Shown here piece after piece: positions 39,361 to 52,191 of a stretch of DNA of 64,000 nucleotides. Position 1 is the stretch's first letter. Each line of letters begins with the position of its first letter. Source of the DNA: Amoebophrya sp. A120. Its lineage: Eukaryota; Protista; Dinoflagellata. A model generated the notes under the pieces. It did no database searches. It saw only the letters and a list, made by a program, of their open reading frames with translations, and was not told the DNA's origin. Both the position numbers and the translations under genes were made by a program. The stretch is taken from assembly GCA_905178155.1 (NCBI GenBank), contig CAJINV010000005.1, positions 2,172,054 to 2,236,053 of the forward strand, read 5' to 3'.

Positions 39361-41211
39361 ATGTGGATCATGGATCGCGCAAACAGCGAGACCGATGACG
39401 TGACATTTTGCTATTTCGACCGCGATCCGAATGCGCCTTGTTTTTTTCTTGGTCATCCTCCGTGTCGACATCTTTTGACTTTGGAATACTGTATGACTTC
39501 GCCCTTTCCTTGTCTCCCGAAGCACAAGCGTGAAGTAAAAATGTCTTTGCGATCGCAGTTCGTTCACCTGCAATCCTTCGCGATCGCACAATGCCGGATG
39601 GCAGTCGTTGTTTTGATTGCAAAAACTTGCAACGAGTGGGAATCCAGCTTCTCAAGGGAGAAAAATGCGAGTCCCGTGCTCTTTTGGTCAGCGTGCTGCT
39701 TCCTCGGAACACTCGTCATCGCGGACAAGGTCTTCTGGTCGAAAAGACAAGCGAAAAGTGCGCTGCCAGCAACCGACGACAAAGCTGCTTCCGAATATCC
39801 AGGCGGGGCCCCGGCGGGAACCAAAGAAACTCCGCCTTCCCAGTCCCCGAGATCAGCTTCTATTCCACAGCTGCAGCTACACCTTTCCCGGGCGGAGTGC
39901 GAAGAGTGGAAGGGCTGGATGCAGTACGTGTTCGTTTTTTACCACTACTACCGCGCCAGATTTCTCTACAACCCCATTCGCGTGATGGTGTCCAGCTACG
40001 TGTGGCTCTCCGGGTACGGAAACTACCTGGCACTTGCAGAAACAAAAACCGGAACTAAAACTAGCGGAAGAAGTTCAACAACATGTGACAAGCGCGACCG
40101 GTTTTCCGCTGTCAAAGTTTTCTCCGCTTTGATCAGGCTGAACTGGTTCGCGCTTTGGCTTGTCGCGGTCATACCAGGCACGTCCCTGGAACTCTACTAC
40201 GTGGTGCCGCTGCACACCGTGGCTTACTTGGTCACGTATCTGTTCTGCTGGATGCGGGTGCAAGTCCTGCAGAGTTGGAGGATCGATGATGGCACAGGTA
40301 CAGGAACGAAAGTAAAACCGGTTCCAGATTGGCTCGTCGACGTGGTTCTACTCGGTCTGTTCTTTCTTTTCCACGTCTTATTTTTCGAAACCGCGGTTGC
40401 CGAGCGGATTTTGTCGAAGGAGCTTAACTTCCGGTTTCAGGCGGACCGGTACTCCGCTTTGCAGGGCGTTCTGGCCGCTGTGGTCGTGACGCATGTTGGA
40501 AAGCGTGGGAGGATAGAAAATATCAGCACAGACACGTGTTCGACAGTTCCATCGTACGGCTGTAGTTTCGCAACAACTACAACAGTATTATCCCGCGTCC
40601 TTTCCTCAAACTCTCTCGCTGCCGGCTTCGGATTAGCACTCGCAACTCTCTGGTACTGCATTTGGGGGTGGAATCCGGATAAATTTACCTACAACCCCTC
40701 CCACCCGCTGATCTTTTCCCTCCCACTCATCGCGTACTGTGTCCTGCGGAGGGTCCTCTGGCCAATAAAAAATGAACAAAGTGCTTCGAAAATTTTGCGG
40801 AGCCTGGGGGCGCACTCGCTGGAGATCTACCTGTTGCAGTTTCACGTCTTTATGTGCCGGAACGTGCAGCACGTGCTGGTTTTGGTGTTTCCCGAACAGA
40901 TAATCTTTCCCGGCGGCGAAGCGAGCGGCGGTCCATCCATTCCAGGCCCGTTACCCGCTGCTGTTTTCAACACTCTTCTCGTCGGGAGTCTTTTCGCCGT
41001 TCTAGTGTACCAAGCGCGCCTAGCCACCGTGGAGACGCAGCAGAGCTTGCAGGCCATGCTGGTCGCTAGCTTGAGGAAGGGGAGGCGAGAGGTTGCGGTA
41101 GATAAAGAAGAGAATGAGAACCTGAAGAATCGTGATACTGCAGCAACATCATCAAATGAAAAGGCCTCGATCTCGGAGTCCGACACAAGTACAAAACGCA
41201 AAGAACAGTGA
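39361..41211 (+). CDS. CASD1/Cas1p/RWA-like multi-TM O-acetyltransferase
   Basis: LSRAECEEWKGWMQ..F.FYHY, YNPIRVMVSSYVWLSGYGN, YYVVPLHT, FRFQADRYS, LGAHSLEIYLLQFH. Start uncertain. Confidence 0.82.
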   Translation: MWIMDRANSETDDVTFCYFDRDPNAPCFFLGHPPCRHLLTLEYCMTSPFPCLPKHKREVKMSLRSQFVHLQSFAIAQCRMAVVVLIAKTCNEWESSFSREKNASPVLFWSACCFLGTLVIADKVFWSKRQAKSALPATDDKAASEYPGGAPAGTKETPPSQSPRSASIPQLQLHLSRAECEEWKGWMQYVFVFYHYYRARFLYNPIRVMVSSYVWLSGYGNYLALAETKTGTKTSGRSSTTCDKRDRFSAVKVFSALIRLNWFALWLVAVIPGTSLELYYVVPLHTVAYLVTYLFCWMRVQVLQSWRIDDGTGTGTKVKPVPDWLVDVVLLGLFFLFHVLFFETAVAERILSKELNFRFQADRYSALQGVLAAVVVTHVGKRGRIENISTDTCSTVPSYGCSFATTTTVLSRVLSSNSLAAGFGLALATLWYCIWGWNPDKFTYNPSHPLIFSLPLIAYCVLRRVLWPIKNEQSASKILRSLGAHSLEIYLLQFHVFMCRNVQHVLVLVFPEQIIFPGGEASGGPSIPGPLPAAVFNTLLVGSLFAVLVYQARLATVETQQSLQAMLVASLRKGRREVAVDKEENENLKNRDTAATSSNEKASISESDTSTKRKEQ

Positions 41212-42037
41212 CTAAGCAAGCGAAGCGCACGCCGAAAGATGAACTTTTGCAAATATAATGACAGGCGGCCACTTCCACTTGCACATCTTAATTCCCTTCC
41301 CCTATCCTTGACCGTATCCGTATCAGAACGGGCAAGCAGAGCAAGTTATCAAAACAACAAGTCTAGTACTGCATCGTACCATGACACAGCCAAAACGCGC
41401 ACCGGTGTTCGCTGCCAATTCGATCGATTGTAAAGAAGGATCACTGCTCCATCCTCGAAAAGATCAGTAGCTGCTGGTGGACTTTTATGCATAACGAAGG
41501 CCGCCTAGGCCCACGCATCATGCGTATCCGTATGTGATTTCTATCTGCCGACTTTGGCTTTGCGCACAGGAAGATCGATTGTAGAGAAACGTAACAGCAT
41601 TTCTTCGTAAAATTTACCTTTGAATAACACCATGTAGGGCATTTCTAGATTGAATGAATTTATTTCCAATCGCTTTTTATTCCAACACCATGCCGTAGCA
41701 CGGGACAACCGGATAATTGACAGGAGTTCGTAAGGCTCCGCCCGCTTTCCTGCTGACATCCCTTGCTTATCGCGGGAGCAGTTGCGCGCGCTAAGAAGAG
41801 CCGACTCTTCGCACTACGGAGGTCTTCTTCTACGCGCAAAAAAAAGCCGCGGGGCTGCCAGCGGCACCGCGGAGCGGGAGAGAAATACCAGACGGCGGCA
41901 GCCCGGGTTTATCGTGGAACAAAGAAACACGCTAAAGTCTGTGGTTTACCTCGCTATCTACGTTTCGACGACAACACAACAAGCGACAAAAACGAACCCT
42001 CCCCCCCAGCAAGAAGCCAGAGCAGCGACAAAAAAAG

Positions 42038-44431
42038 ATGTCGGGCGCCTCCGCGGTCTTTCTCCTCGACCTGAAGGGGAAGGTGATTATTTCCCGGAAC
42101 TACCGGGGTGAGGTCCCGATGACGATAACCGAACGATTTGTCCGCTTAGTAATAGACGAGGAGTCCAGTCAAGTGAAGCCTGTGTTTTGCGAGGACGGGG
42201 TGAATTTTGTGTGGATAAGATACAACAACCTCTACTTCTTGGCTACCTCGCAACGAAACGCCAACGCACTCATGCTGCTGAGGTAATCACGGGTTTTTCT
42301 TTTTTCTTTTTGTGTACTGGACTGATCGATTGGGCTTGCTGCGCTTGAACAAGTACTATGATGATCATGATGTTTCTTCTAGGAGGTTCGTCTAATCAGA
42401 TTCAAGTCACTATGAATAAAAAACAGCTACCTCTACAAGCTCGCGGAAGTGCTGAAGGATTATTTTCGGGAGCTGGAGGAAGAGTCGATTCGGGACAATT
42501 TCGTAATAACGTACGAATTGTTGGACGAACTCATGGACAACGGCTACCCGCAAACGACAGAAGTGAAAATCCTCCGAGAATACATCAAGACAAAATCACA
42601 CCAACTCACCAGCAGCAGCACACAGGTATAAATCTTTCAGTACTAGAACAGATCAAATATTTTGTCGTATCATGCCAAATGATATATGCATGGTTTAGCC
42701 CGCTTATCGCGCAGATGCAGCTTCAAAAGATTGGATGTACACCAAGAAATAATTGTCCATCCAGCTTGACGTAGTGAATTACGAGAAAAGAAAACATCTT
42801 CACAAAATCGTTGTTCGCAGGTGAAGCCCATCGCCGCCATTACCAATGCGGTTTCATGGCGACCCGAGGGCATCGTGCACAAGAAGAACGAGATTTTCCT
42901 CGATGTGGTCGAAAGGCTGAACCTCCTCGTCTCCGCAAACGGCTCCGTTTTGCGGTCGGAGATTCTCGGCTCCCTGAAGATGAAGTCTTTCCTCTCGGGT
43001 ATGCCGGAGCTAAAGCTCGGGTTGAACGACAAGCTTCTTTTCGAGCAAACCGGGCGGCAAGTAACCAAGGGCAAATCCGTGGAGATGGAGGACATCAAAT
43101 TCCACCAGTGCGTCCGCCTAGCGCGGTTCGAGAACGACAGGTATAGTTAGATGGTATGGGCGAAGTTCGTGTGTTGCATCTTCATCAAAAGAAACAAAGG
43201 AACATGAACGCGTTGTCGGTTTCTTTTGTCACCGAATTTTTCAAAAAAATTTCTTGGGCAATCAATATCCTCGCAGGACCATATCCTTCATTCCCCCGGA
43301 CGGCGAGTTTGAGCTGATGAGCTACCGGCTCAACACGCACGTGAAGCCGCTCATCTGGATAGAGTCGGCTATTGACCTCGGCCAGAGCAAGTCACGGATC
43401 GAATACATGATAAGAGCGAAGTCGCAGTTCAAGAGCAGGTACTGGTTAGAATTACAGACCAAAACTAAAGCGACCTTGCTGGCGGACAGCTGGTCGTGCT
43501 GTTTTCACTGCTTGCTTATTTTTATGCATCGATCAGTGGCCTCCGGCTCCGCCTCGCCCTGCTTTGCATCATGCCATCAATATTCTTTGAACTACGTCGA
43601 TTTCATTACAAACCTGACCTGCAGGTCCGTCGCGAATAATGTGGAAGTGATAGTTCCAGTACCCAGCGACGTGGACACGCCAAGCTTCATATCCTTTGTA
43701 AAAACGTCCCCACCTCCCCGCTGTCAAGTTGGGAAATCTGCAAGACAAATCAACAAGCTTTGGCTGCTACGCATGACAAGTCTGGCCTCCTAGTGTAGTC
43801 CTGTTTAGCTAGTTCAGCAGCATCACAGAGCTAGCATATCACTCTGGTCGGAGCATGACAAATTCCGAACCACGACTAGGCAATGCTTCTCATGGGGCTC
43901 CGCATGAGAGACATTTTCACCATGCAGATTTGCATGACAAAGACAATTATGGGGTGGGGACGTTTTTACACAGGACACTTCAAAACTTCAATCGGCACGG
44001 TGAAATACTGCCCGGACCAAGACTCGATTGTCTGGAGTACTTACTGCAATAAATTTTCACCTCTTCTACCTTTTGTTGTAAAAATTTGTTTTCTGCATGA
44101 GCGCGTCCTTGTGAACGAATATTGTTGCTGTTGTTCAGCATGAAAGCGCAAACAAATTACCCTCCTCGCAAACAAAAAACAAGGTATCAAGCAGTTTCAG
44201 GGCCAGAAGGACTTTATTATGACCGCGAATTTCGGTCTTCCGTCCATCGGCAGCGACAATCGTGAAGAGTACGCGAAAAAGCCGATCAATGTCAAGTTCG
44301 AAATACCCTACTTCACGGTGTCTGGTGTCACCGTCCGGTATTTGAAAATTCTAGAAAAGTCGGGCTATCAAGCCTTACCCTGGGTACGGTACATCACCCA
44401 AAACGGCGACTACCAGTTGAGAATGGGGTAA
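42038..44431 (+). CDS. AP1M1: AP-1 adaptor complex mu subunit
   Basis: SAVFLLDLKGKVIISRNYRG, LEEESIRDNFVITYELLDELMDNGYPQTTE, VSWRPEGIVHKKNEIFLDV, LSGMPELKLGLNDK, FIPPDGEFELMSYRL, GYQALPWVRYITQNGDYQLR. Confidence 0.95.
43690..43977. mobile_element. Introner family B
   Basis: Family B TIRs (right end ...GGACA); TSD CTTCA; removal gives DTPSFKTSIGTVKY. Confidence 0.9.
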
Positions 44432-45336
44432 GGGTCTGCTGTCCAACACGACTCGGGTGAGCCAACCGTGACGCAGAAATTATTTCATATACAACACAGA
44501 TTCACAACATGAACATATTCTGTACCCCCAATATCTCTGCAGTGTACCACTTGACAAAATACGTCAGTGTATCACTCTTAGCTCCCCGCCAACGCGCTTT
44601 AAAACCTAAAGCGGTTTGAACTATTTTTTCTACAGCGACAACGGCAACAAACAGCGTTCTGGACGATGAGACCTTTTTGGTTGAGGCATGTCATAAAACT
44701 TCGACATGCGATTCAGGCAAAAGATTTCAAAGAAACAAAGCGCATCAAATTTCCTTATTGCCAGGGCAGGGTATCGACACTTCGGTCTCGATTCTCTGAC
44801 CACGACCAGTAGGTAGACCTTTTTCGGCGACAATCGCTTTGTTCGCTGTTCGTTTTCCTTGTCTCTATCGTACAGTGCACGCGAGCACCTGCACCTGCTG
44901 GAAGACGACTCGAAGAAAGAGAAAATTCAACTTTTCAACCGCTCTTTGAGAGGACGACGGCGCTGAGGGCTTTAATGTCTTGAGGTTCGTTATATGGACG
45001 GAGTCTTCGTCTTTTTGTCCATTTTCTCTACTGAGTTGGAGCGATTTTGTTGTCATGTCGTTGAGACTAATGGACTCTTCTCGTCGTTTGACCATTCGCA
45101 GAAGCCAAAATGAATTTAAGTAAGTACGAAGAAGTAGAGGAAGGTAGGTATAGACTATCTAAAGAATAGGAATAAACACTGCTTGTGCTTGAGCCGAAGA
45201 TTCATGGCTTTGTCGTGTTGATAGAGCCTGCTACCACAAATAAGAATTGATGTTCTCCACGCCCGGGGAGGATTATTTCATTCCCCGAATTTCTGTGAAC
45301 TGTTCATCTTATCAAACGAGGACCACATAACCGACT

Positions 45337-48300
45337 ATGCGTCGTACTACTTCTATTCGCGTGCTGCGCAACTACAGTTCGCAGCTCCTCTCAAGGCGAG
45401 TGCTACTTCCTCTCCTGGTTTTCTTCTTCCACCACGCGGCAACTCATGTGACCGAGATTTGCGCGCGACAAAAGCTCCTCCGGCGGGAACAGAAGCTGCT
45501 CGAGCTAGACCAGGACGAAAAAAAGGACGAGGACGACGATGAGAAAAGTGACAAAGAAAAAGAGAAAACAGAAAATCCAGATAAAAAAGACCTGGAAGAG
45601 GAGCAAGATCAAGCGAATGAGAAAGCCTCGAAGCGGAACCCCCTGGAAGAGAAGTCGGAAGAAGGCGATGCGAGTGACGTGCCGGAGGTGCTGGACTACA
45701 GCGCCATGGTGGAGCACCTAACTGGATTGGTAGAAGAGGCACTGCCATCAGCACAAGCGGATAAGGAAGAGGGGGAGGAGAAAACGGAAGGGAAAAAAGA
45801 GAAGAAAGGTAAGCCAGATAAAGACGATGGTGCAGAGGGGGACGCTGATGAAAAGGATAACGCGGACGACAAGAAAGAAGGAAAGAAATCAAAAAAAGAA
45901 AAGCCTTCGGACGAAGCAGCAGACAACCCGCAGTTCGACGGCGAGGACGCAGACGCGGAGAAAAAGGAAGAGAAGCGTGATGACGACGATAAAAAGGAGG
46001 ACAAGGAACCGAAAGATGAAAAATCCTCCGGCGCCGGTGAGGACGACGGCGATGACAAGAAGGACCAGAAAAAGAATAGTGACGCGCCCGGCGGTGAGAC
46101 GGACGACGCTGGAGAAAAGGAACAAGGGGATAAAGGCGATGATGGAAAAAAACCGGGCGGTGGAGAAGCGAGTAAAGATGACGCCGACGGTAAAGGCGGC
46201 GCAGAGGGAGATGGAGACGAAGCTGACGAGGAGGACCACGACGACGAAAAAGACGCCTTCGCAGCCATACAGCTGCACGGGGACGGAAAGATGAAATTTG
46301 ACGGCGAAGACGAAAAGGAAAAAAAGAGAAAAACCGACGACGACGATGATGATAGCAGTAAAAAAGACGACGACAAAGACGAGAACGGAGCACTGAGTGA
46401 TGAAAAGGGTGAGAGTGATAAGGAAAAAGACACACCAGCATCAGGAGGAGGTAAAAAGGATAAGAAAGATTCCGACAAGAAGAATTCCAAGCGCGAACAA
46501 CCAAAGCCGATCGAGAAAAAAGATCCGTTAACGGCGTTCAAGGAAAGTCTAGAAAAGCCGCCCGTCCTAGGCGAGTCCTATCCTGTGCAAAAGTATCGTA
46601 CTCGTACTAATTGCAATCATGCATGACAAATCTAATTGCAATCATGCATGACAAATCTCTCGTACTAATGCATTTTGTTGCCCCATTCTCCACTCTATGT
46701 CTATGTCTGTGTACCCGCGAGTGGTTTTATCTTTCTCTGAATTTGCGGAAGATGAAGATATGTAGCAAATTTGTAGACCAAGCAGAAGAGAAAGATAAAA
46801 AAGAAGTAAGAATGAATAGTCTCAGCCATACTTCAGCGCTTTTCAGTGCCACTTGTAGACCCGGAATATGCTCAAGTGCCAACAGGGCGAGAGCCCTGCA
46901 AGATCGGGCGACGTGAGTAAGTGCAGACGGGAAAAACGCCAAAGATACCCGCGCCTTCTGCTTAACTGTGTGAAATATTGTGTCGGCCCGGTTCTGCTCA
47001 GACAGGCTGGATCCCGTAGATCAGATTTCACATGTTAAGTAACGCACACCGGCCTCCTAGCAAAAAATTAATGATGAATTTATATGAGAAAGAGGGGCCT
47101 AATCAAAAAAAAAAATCATGCATGACAAATCTTGTTTCTTAGCGAAATCAGCATTACAAGTTCCATTTTTTCTTCTGGAAAAATTTGCATTGCGATTTAT
47201 ACTAATACGATACTTTTGCAATGCATAAATCCCGCGTGTACACGATAGACCCCGGGAAGTTCAACGGGTATAATTGCGTCGAGAAGCGCAAGGGGATGGA
47301 TCCGGTCACGTTCTTGACCACTGAAAAGATAATCGCGTACAAAGAGACGCCGTGTGTGGAGGTATAGTAACAGCTAAATGTTTGCTGCTTCTGTCGTGAT
47401 GAACTGTAGCACTAGCAAATACGCTATTGTATTCGATTTGTTTTTTGCATTTGCCCCAGAACTTGAAATTCAGATAGTGACTTTTCTTTTTGTGGCAAAA
47501 AAATCCAATCACAATAAACCCAGGAATACACTTCCTTCAAGCCGGAAAAGGGTTGGCTTTGGCCGGCGGTCTCCACCTATCTCGCCACCCAGCACTTTCT
47601 ACCCGGCACCTTTGACAGCAAGGAGCAGCAGGCGGACATTTTGAAAATTCTGAAGTCCTTACCCGTCGAAAAACTGGACGGGATCCGCGCGCCGAAGGTG
47701 TACGGCAACGTGCTGTTCGACGGAAAAACGCCACTGGAGTACTTCGACGTTACCCTGGGCGTATGGATTGCGAATATGTCTGGGTCTGGAAGATTGCCAG
47801 ATTTGTCATGCAGGTTTTCCATGACCCATGAGGTCTGGTATGTAGGACATAGCATGACAGATTCTGTGAGAGTTCTATCCTGCCTATCCTGCATGAGAAA
47901 CTGCCTCCCGATTAGGTAAAAAGTGGGCGACAGCTTCTGGTAATCAGAATCACGCAACACAGATTTTTACATGGTCCAGATTTAGCATGACAAGTTGCTT
48001 TGTTCCAGACCCAGACATTTTTACATTTGATAGGGCGTGGCCATGCGGAAAACGAGCTGGGATGAATTATTGGAACCCACGGAGTATCAACTGCAAAAAT
48101 GTCTGGGTCTGGAAGATTGCAACTTGTCATGCTGTTTTTGGACTCTAAAAAAATTTGTATTGCATGACCAGCAAGAGGGGTGCGCTTTGTGCTACTTACA
48201 CGGACAGGGCATTTCTCATGCGGAAGGTGCATCAGGGAGCCCTCTAAAAGTCTGCGATGCTAGGTCATGCATTACAGGCGTCACGGGTCATGAGAAATAT

Positions 48301-49724
48301 GCATGACAAATCTTCTTGCATTCTTCCAGACCCAGACATTTTTGCACTTGATACGGAGGGGGAAGACCCACAGTTGGGCGGCCAGCTAAAGGCGGAGGTG
48401 GAGCGGCAGGACAAAAAGTACTATTTGACTTGTTCATTTTTGTGTACATGATGTAGTAGTTTTTTCGCTTCCTCCTATAGTAATGCTAATGCCTTAGTCC
48501 AGCAAACGAAAATCTAAATCAACAACATGAAACACCACCAGCTACGCCCTCCTGAACGACGTGCCGGAAGAAAGTGCAGACCAGGAAGAGCCGACGCCTG
48601 ACAAGGGGCTGTCCGCGAAAGCAGAGGCGAAGGAGGAGAAGAAGGAGGAGGGCGAGAAAAAGCCATCCGAGGAAGAGGACGAGACACTATACGTATAAGA
48701 AAAGTTTGTTGCTTGTCATGCTGAACAGGTGGTTGTACTGTATCGAATGAAGTTGCAGGCAGCTGCGCATGCACTTTGATTGTGAGAAACGAGCTCGAAA
48801 AATTTCGTTGCGAACACGAGTGACTTATTCATGCCCTGTTCGGTAAAACAAAAACCGAAAAACTACAGTACGGCATCGGTTTCGGCTGTGTCCTCATCAT
48901 TATTGGCATCGGCGGCGCGCTAGCGCAACAGAAGACGGAAGAGAAGGTTCCGCAGCCTGACATTGAACAGCCAGAGGACAAGAATGAAGAGGAAATTAAC
49001 GATATCACAGGAAAAAGTGTTAACGTTGACGGAATTTGTGACGCAGCAATGCATCACAAAACGTGTAAGAATTTGTCATGCATAGCATGCATATTGGGCT
49101 ACGTTTGTGATGCATGACTGCGATCTGTGAAAACCGCTAACGTTAACACTTTTTCTTGTGATAAACGAAGAGGATCTGAAGGCTGACCACCAGGCGCTAG
49201 ACAAGGAATTACCGCCGCAGACCCGGGACGAATTGATGAAGCGGGTGAACGACGAAATGAACGATAATTTGCACAAAGCTGCTGCGGTAGACGACGCAGA
49301 TGCTAACGCTGCTGCGGCTGCTGTTCCCCCGCCAGCCCAGCCACCTTCCTCCATCACAGAAGAGCTACCCAAATTGACTCCCTTGCCGAAGCTGAAAGCG
49401 CCTGCGAGGCGACAAAGCACCAGTCAGAATAAAGACGTAAGGGGGGCTGCTGCACCTACTACTGCGTCAGGAGCAGCCTCGCTACAACAAACCGCGAGCA
49501 AGTCGAAGCCGGCTGCGGTACCGACAGCACAAACGAAAGCAGGCAGCGGCAGCGCCGGGCCAGCTTCGCCCAGTTCCCCAGCTTTGGCGTCAAAAGGCGC
49601 GTCGCCCGGACTGGCTTCGAAGGCTGGGTCCAAGGCGGGTTCGATGGCGGCGCCAGCGAGTTCACCGGGACAGTCTTCCCCGGCGGGGAAAGCGACTTCG
49701 CCGGGGAGCTCGAGAAGAGCATGA
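45337..49724 (+). CDS. Hypothetical D/E/K-rich type-I membrane-like protein
   Basis: N-terminal hydrophobic segment, long acidic tract, TM YGIGFGCVLIIIGIGGALA; continuous frame after removing four introners and three GT-AG introns. Confidence 0.62.
46579..47227. mobile_element. Introner family D (long, 649 bp)
   Basis: TIR TATCCTGTGCAAAAGTATCGTA / TACGATACTTTTGCAATGCATA; TSD AGTCC/AATCC; removal gives PVLGESRVYTIDPGK. Confidence 0.82.
47762..48032. mobile_element. Introner family A
   Basis: Family A TIRs; TSD GGGCG; removal gives DVTLGVAMRKTSW. Confidence 0.92.
48085..48353. mobile_element. Introner family A
   Basis: Family A TIRs; TSD CGGAG; removal gives LEPTEGEDPQL. Confidence 0.92.
49003..49163. 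mobile_element. Introner family E (short, 161 bp)
   Basis: TIR TATCACAGGAAAAAGTGTTAACGTT / AACGTTAACACTTTTTCTTGTGATA; TSD AACGA; removal gives EEINEEDLKAD. Confidence 0.9.
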
Positions 49725-50364
49725 GGGCGTCTCGTTTAGAAGTTCTTTCAGTTGTGAGTTGATATGCTCTTGTAGTACCCTGAACTGCGAAATGTATCAA
49801 AGCCGGCTAAGTATTGTACAAGGAAAATGTTAAGCGCAAGCCAAATTTTACTGAACTTTTGCAAATCAAATTTTAATAATTGATGACTCATTTTTATGTT
49901 GACAATTGTGACTTGACACCTGTATGATCTTCGCTCTCCAGAGTGGAAAAGAAAATTTATTCCGAGAAGAACTCTTGATGAACTTTTGCACCACTAGGTG
50001 GTCTAGGACCTCTAATTGATGAAAAAACCTTGTACCAAAGAGAAAATCACGTGCGGCTCGAAGTTTGCATTTTCAGCAAGGTCATGAAAAATTCCTCCTG
50101 GACCGGCCTGAAGCGAAAAGTTTTAAGTAATACTGTGACGCGATCGCGAGGTTTTGTTTGCTTCTACATACAGAAACAATAAAACCATACTACGGCAAGT
50201 GCAAGATTGGTAAATGAAGCATACAGATAAAGAAGCCTGGTGACCAACACACAGAAGTAGATCAGTGTCTACAAATAGTCGGAGTCCCTACAAGAGTTTC
50301 ATTTTGAAGGTCGAAGCAAATCTAAAGCAAACAAGCCTTCTCGAAAAAGAATCTAAAAATCATA

Positions 50365-52191
50365 ATGTCGCCCCCAACCGCGTCCTCCTCTTCCTCCTCG
50401 CGGATTCAGTTTCACCACTTTCCCGAAATCGACAGCACGCACACCTTCGTCGAGCGGACCTATGGCTCGTTCGACCCGAGCATCCTTACCTGCGTGTCTG
50501 CGGACTACCATATTGTGAGGAAAAATCCCCCCTCCCCATGTCAAAACGGCATTTCTGATGCTGGATTTGTGTACACAAATCAGCTTTGTATTGCAGAGAG
50601 ACATTGCGGCCAGATCCCCAGGCTAGGTAGGGGCGAATGGGTCTAGTTGTTCAGCATGGCAAACGGCTGCCCATTAGGCCCAACAGCATGACAAACCGCT
50701 TCCATAATGGGGCGGAAGCTTCTGCCCTTCTCTCCTTGCAAGACAGACGGGATTTGTGGCCTCAAATCAGCAAGACAAATTTTCGAAAGCATACCTTTTC
50801 AATATGGGGAGGGGGAGTTTTTCCTTACGATATACCAGACCGCGGGGAGAGGGACGAACAAACGCGTGTGGTCCGCGCCGAAGGGAAAAAATCTGCTCAC
50901 GACGTTTTACTTCACCCTGCCGGACCGGTGTAAGGCGCAGGCGGCGTCGTTTTTGCAGGTACAGGTTTCTTTGTTGTTCAGCATCGATCTCTTGGTCGAA
51001 GCCGGTTCCTTGATCGTGCATTTCATGTTTACGAAGTAGGCCACTCTACTGCACAAAACTTCAACTTGACCATACGTGAAGATGTTTTTGACGAGGCTTG
51101 TTGTACTTCGTTCACAAAATAACTGCACGGAAAAAAACTAGGTCGCCGCCGTCTCTTTTCTCGACACGGTTCGGAGAAAAGCCTGTCGCGGCGTGGACAT
51201 CAGCCGCTTGCAGTTTCGACTGAAGTGGCCGAATGACGTCATGTGCAACGAGAAGAAAATGGGCGGGATTCTATCCCGCATGGTCGCGGATCCAGTCCGA
51301 CACAGCTCGAGTTCACGGGACGTCAGCAGATTGATCCAGGGGACGAAGCCATCAGCGGGAGGTGGTATGCCAGTGGTTTTATCTTCCAGTAGTAGCACCA
51401 GCGCCGTGAACAACGCGACATCCAATACCTCCGCCGTTGAACTCTCCCCCATAATCGGCACAAACGTAAACACGTCTTTCGTGCAGTCCCCGAACAAAGC
51501 CGAACACTCCGTCGTCCTCGCAGATTTGACCCCTCCGAGTCTGACGCACGCCGCGGCGGCGACGGCAGGGAGCAGTGTGGGCGGCGCAGTTGATGGTGTC
51601 CACCAGCTGAGCTCCCCGACGTTTGCGGAGAAATTAAGTAAGGAGATCCCCGGGACGCAGTCCTATTCCCTTCCGATCGAGAATTACACAAGGGATTTCT
51701 ACTACAGCGGAAGCAGCAGCAGTGAGAGTGGTACTATCGAAAGCAAGAAAGAGAAGCGGATCGGGATGATACTGTCCCTCGGGTTGAACGTGAATTTGAC
51801 GCAAGACGACTTAGATTTGGTCATCGCCAGCAACAACGGGATCAAAAATTTCGCCTGGCCGCCGACCAGCTTGCGGCAAGAGATCGGGAACCCCGTGCTG
51901 CAGTTTGAAGTCGACCGAGTCAAGGAGTTAATCGCTTTCGACCTGTACGATATCATCCTCAAATTCGAGCAAGTCGGGTACCTGCAGTTTCTGCGCGCGA
52001 TCAACGACAATTTGCTGTACGAAAACGAGAAAATCGTGTTTGCCCCGCGGGGCCGGGAGCACACCGACCGGGTGGAGGGGATCTTCCGCGGGCTGGACGA
52101 CGAGGGGTGGCTAATTTTGGAGTCCCTAGTCACCGGCGGGACGGAAAAATACTGCAGTGGCGAGCTGTGTCCACCGGTGAAAGTCAGGTGA
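50365..52191 (+). CDS. Biotin protein ligase (BirA/holocarboxylase synthetase family)
   Basis: EIDSTH, ADYQTAGRGTNKRVWSAPKG, LKWPNDVMCNEKKMGGIL, LGLNVN, GIFRGLDDEGWLIL; one introner and GT-AG intron ~50959-51141. Confidence 0.9.
50511..50832. mobile_element. Introner family C
   Basis: TIR GGAAAAATCCCCCTCCCCAT / ATGGGGAGGGGGAGTTTTTCC; TSD TACCA; removal gives SADYQTAGRG. Confidence 0.9.

Noticed and set aside
39361-41211. 'Cas1p' domain as CRISPR Cas1
   Set aside because: Name overlap only; the motifs are those of the CASD1/RWA membrane acetyltransferase.
45353-46541. Minus-strand 383/281-aa ORFs
   Set aside because: Antisense shadows of the D/E/K-rich plus-strand CDS.
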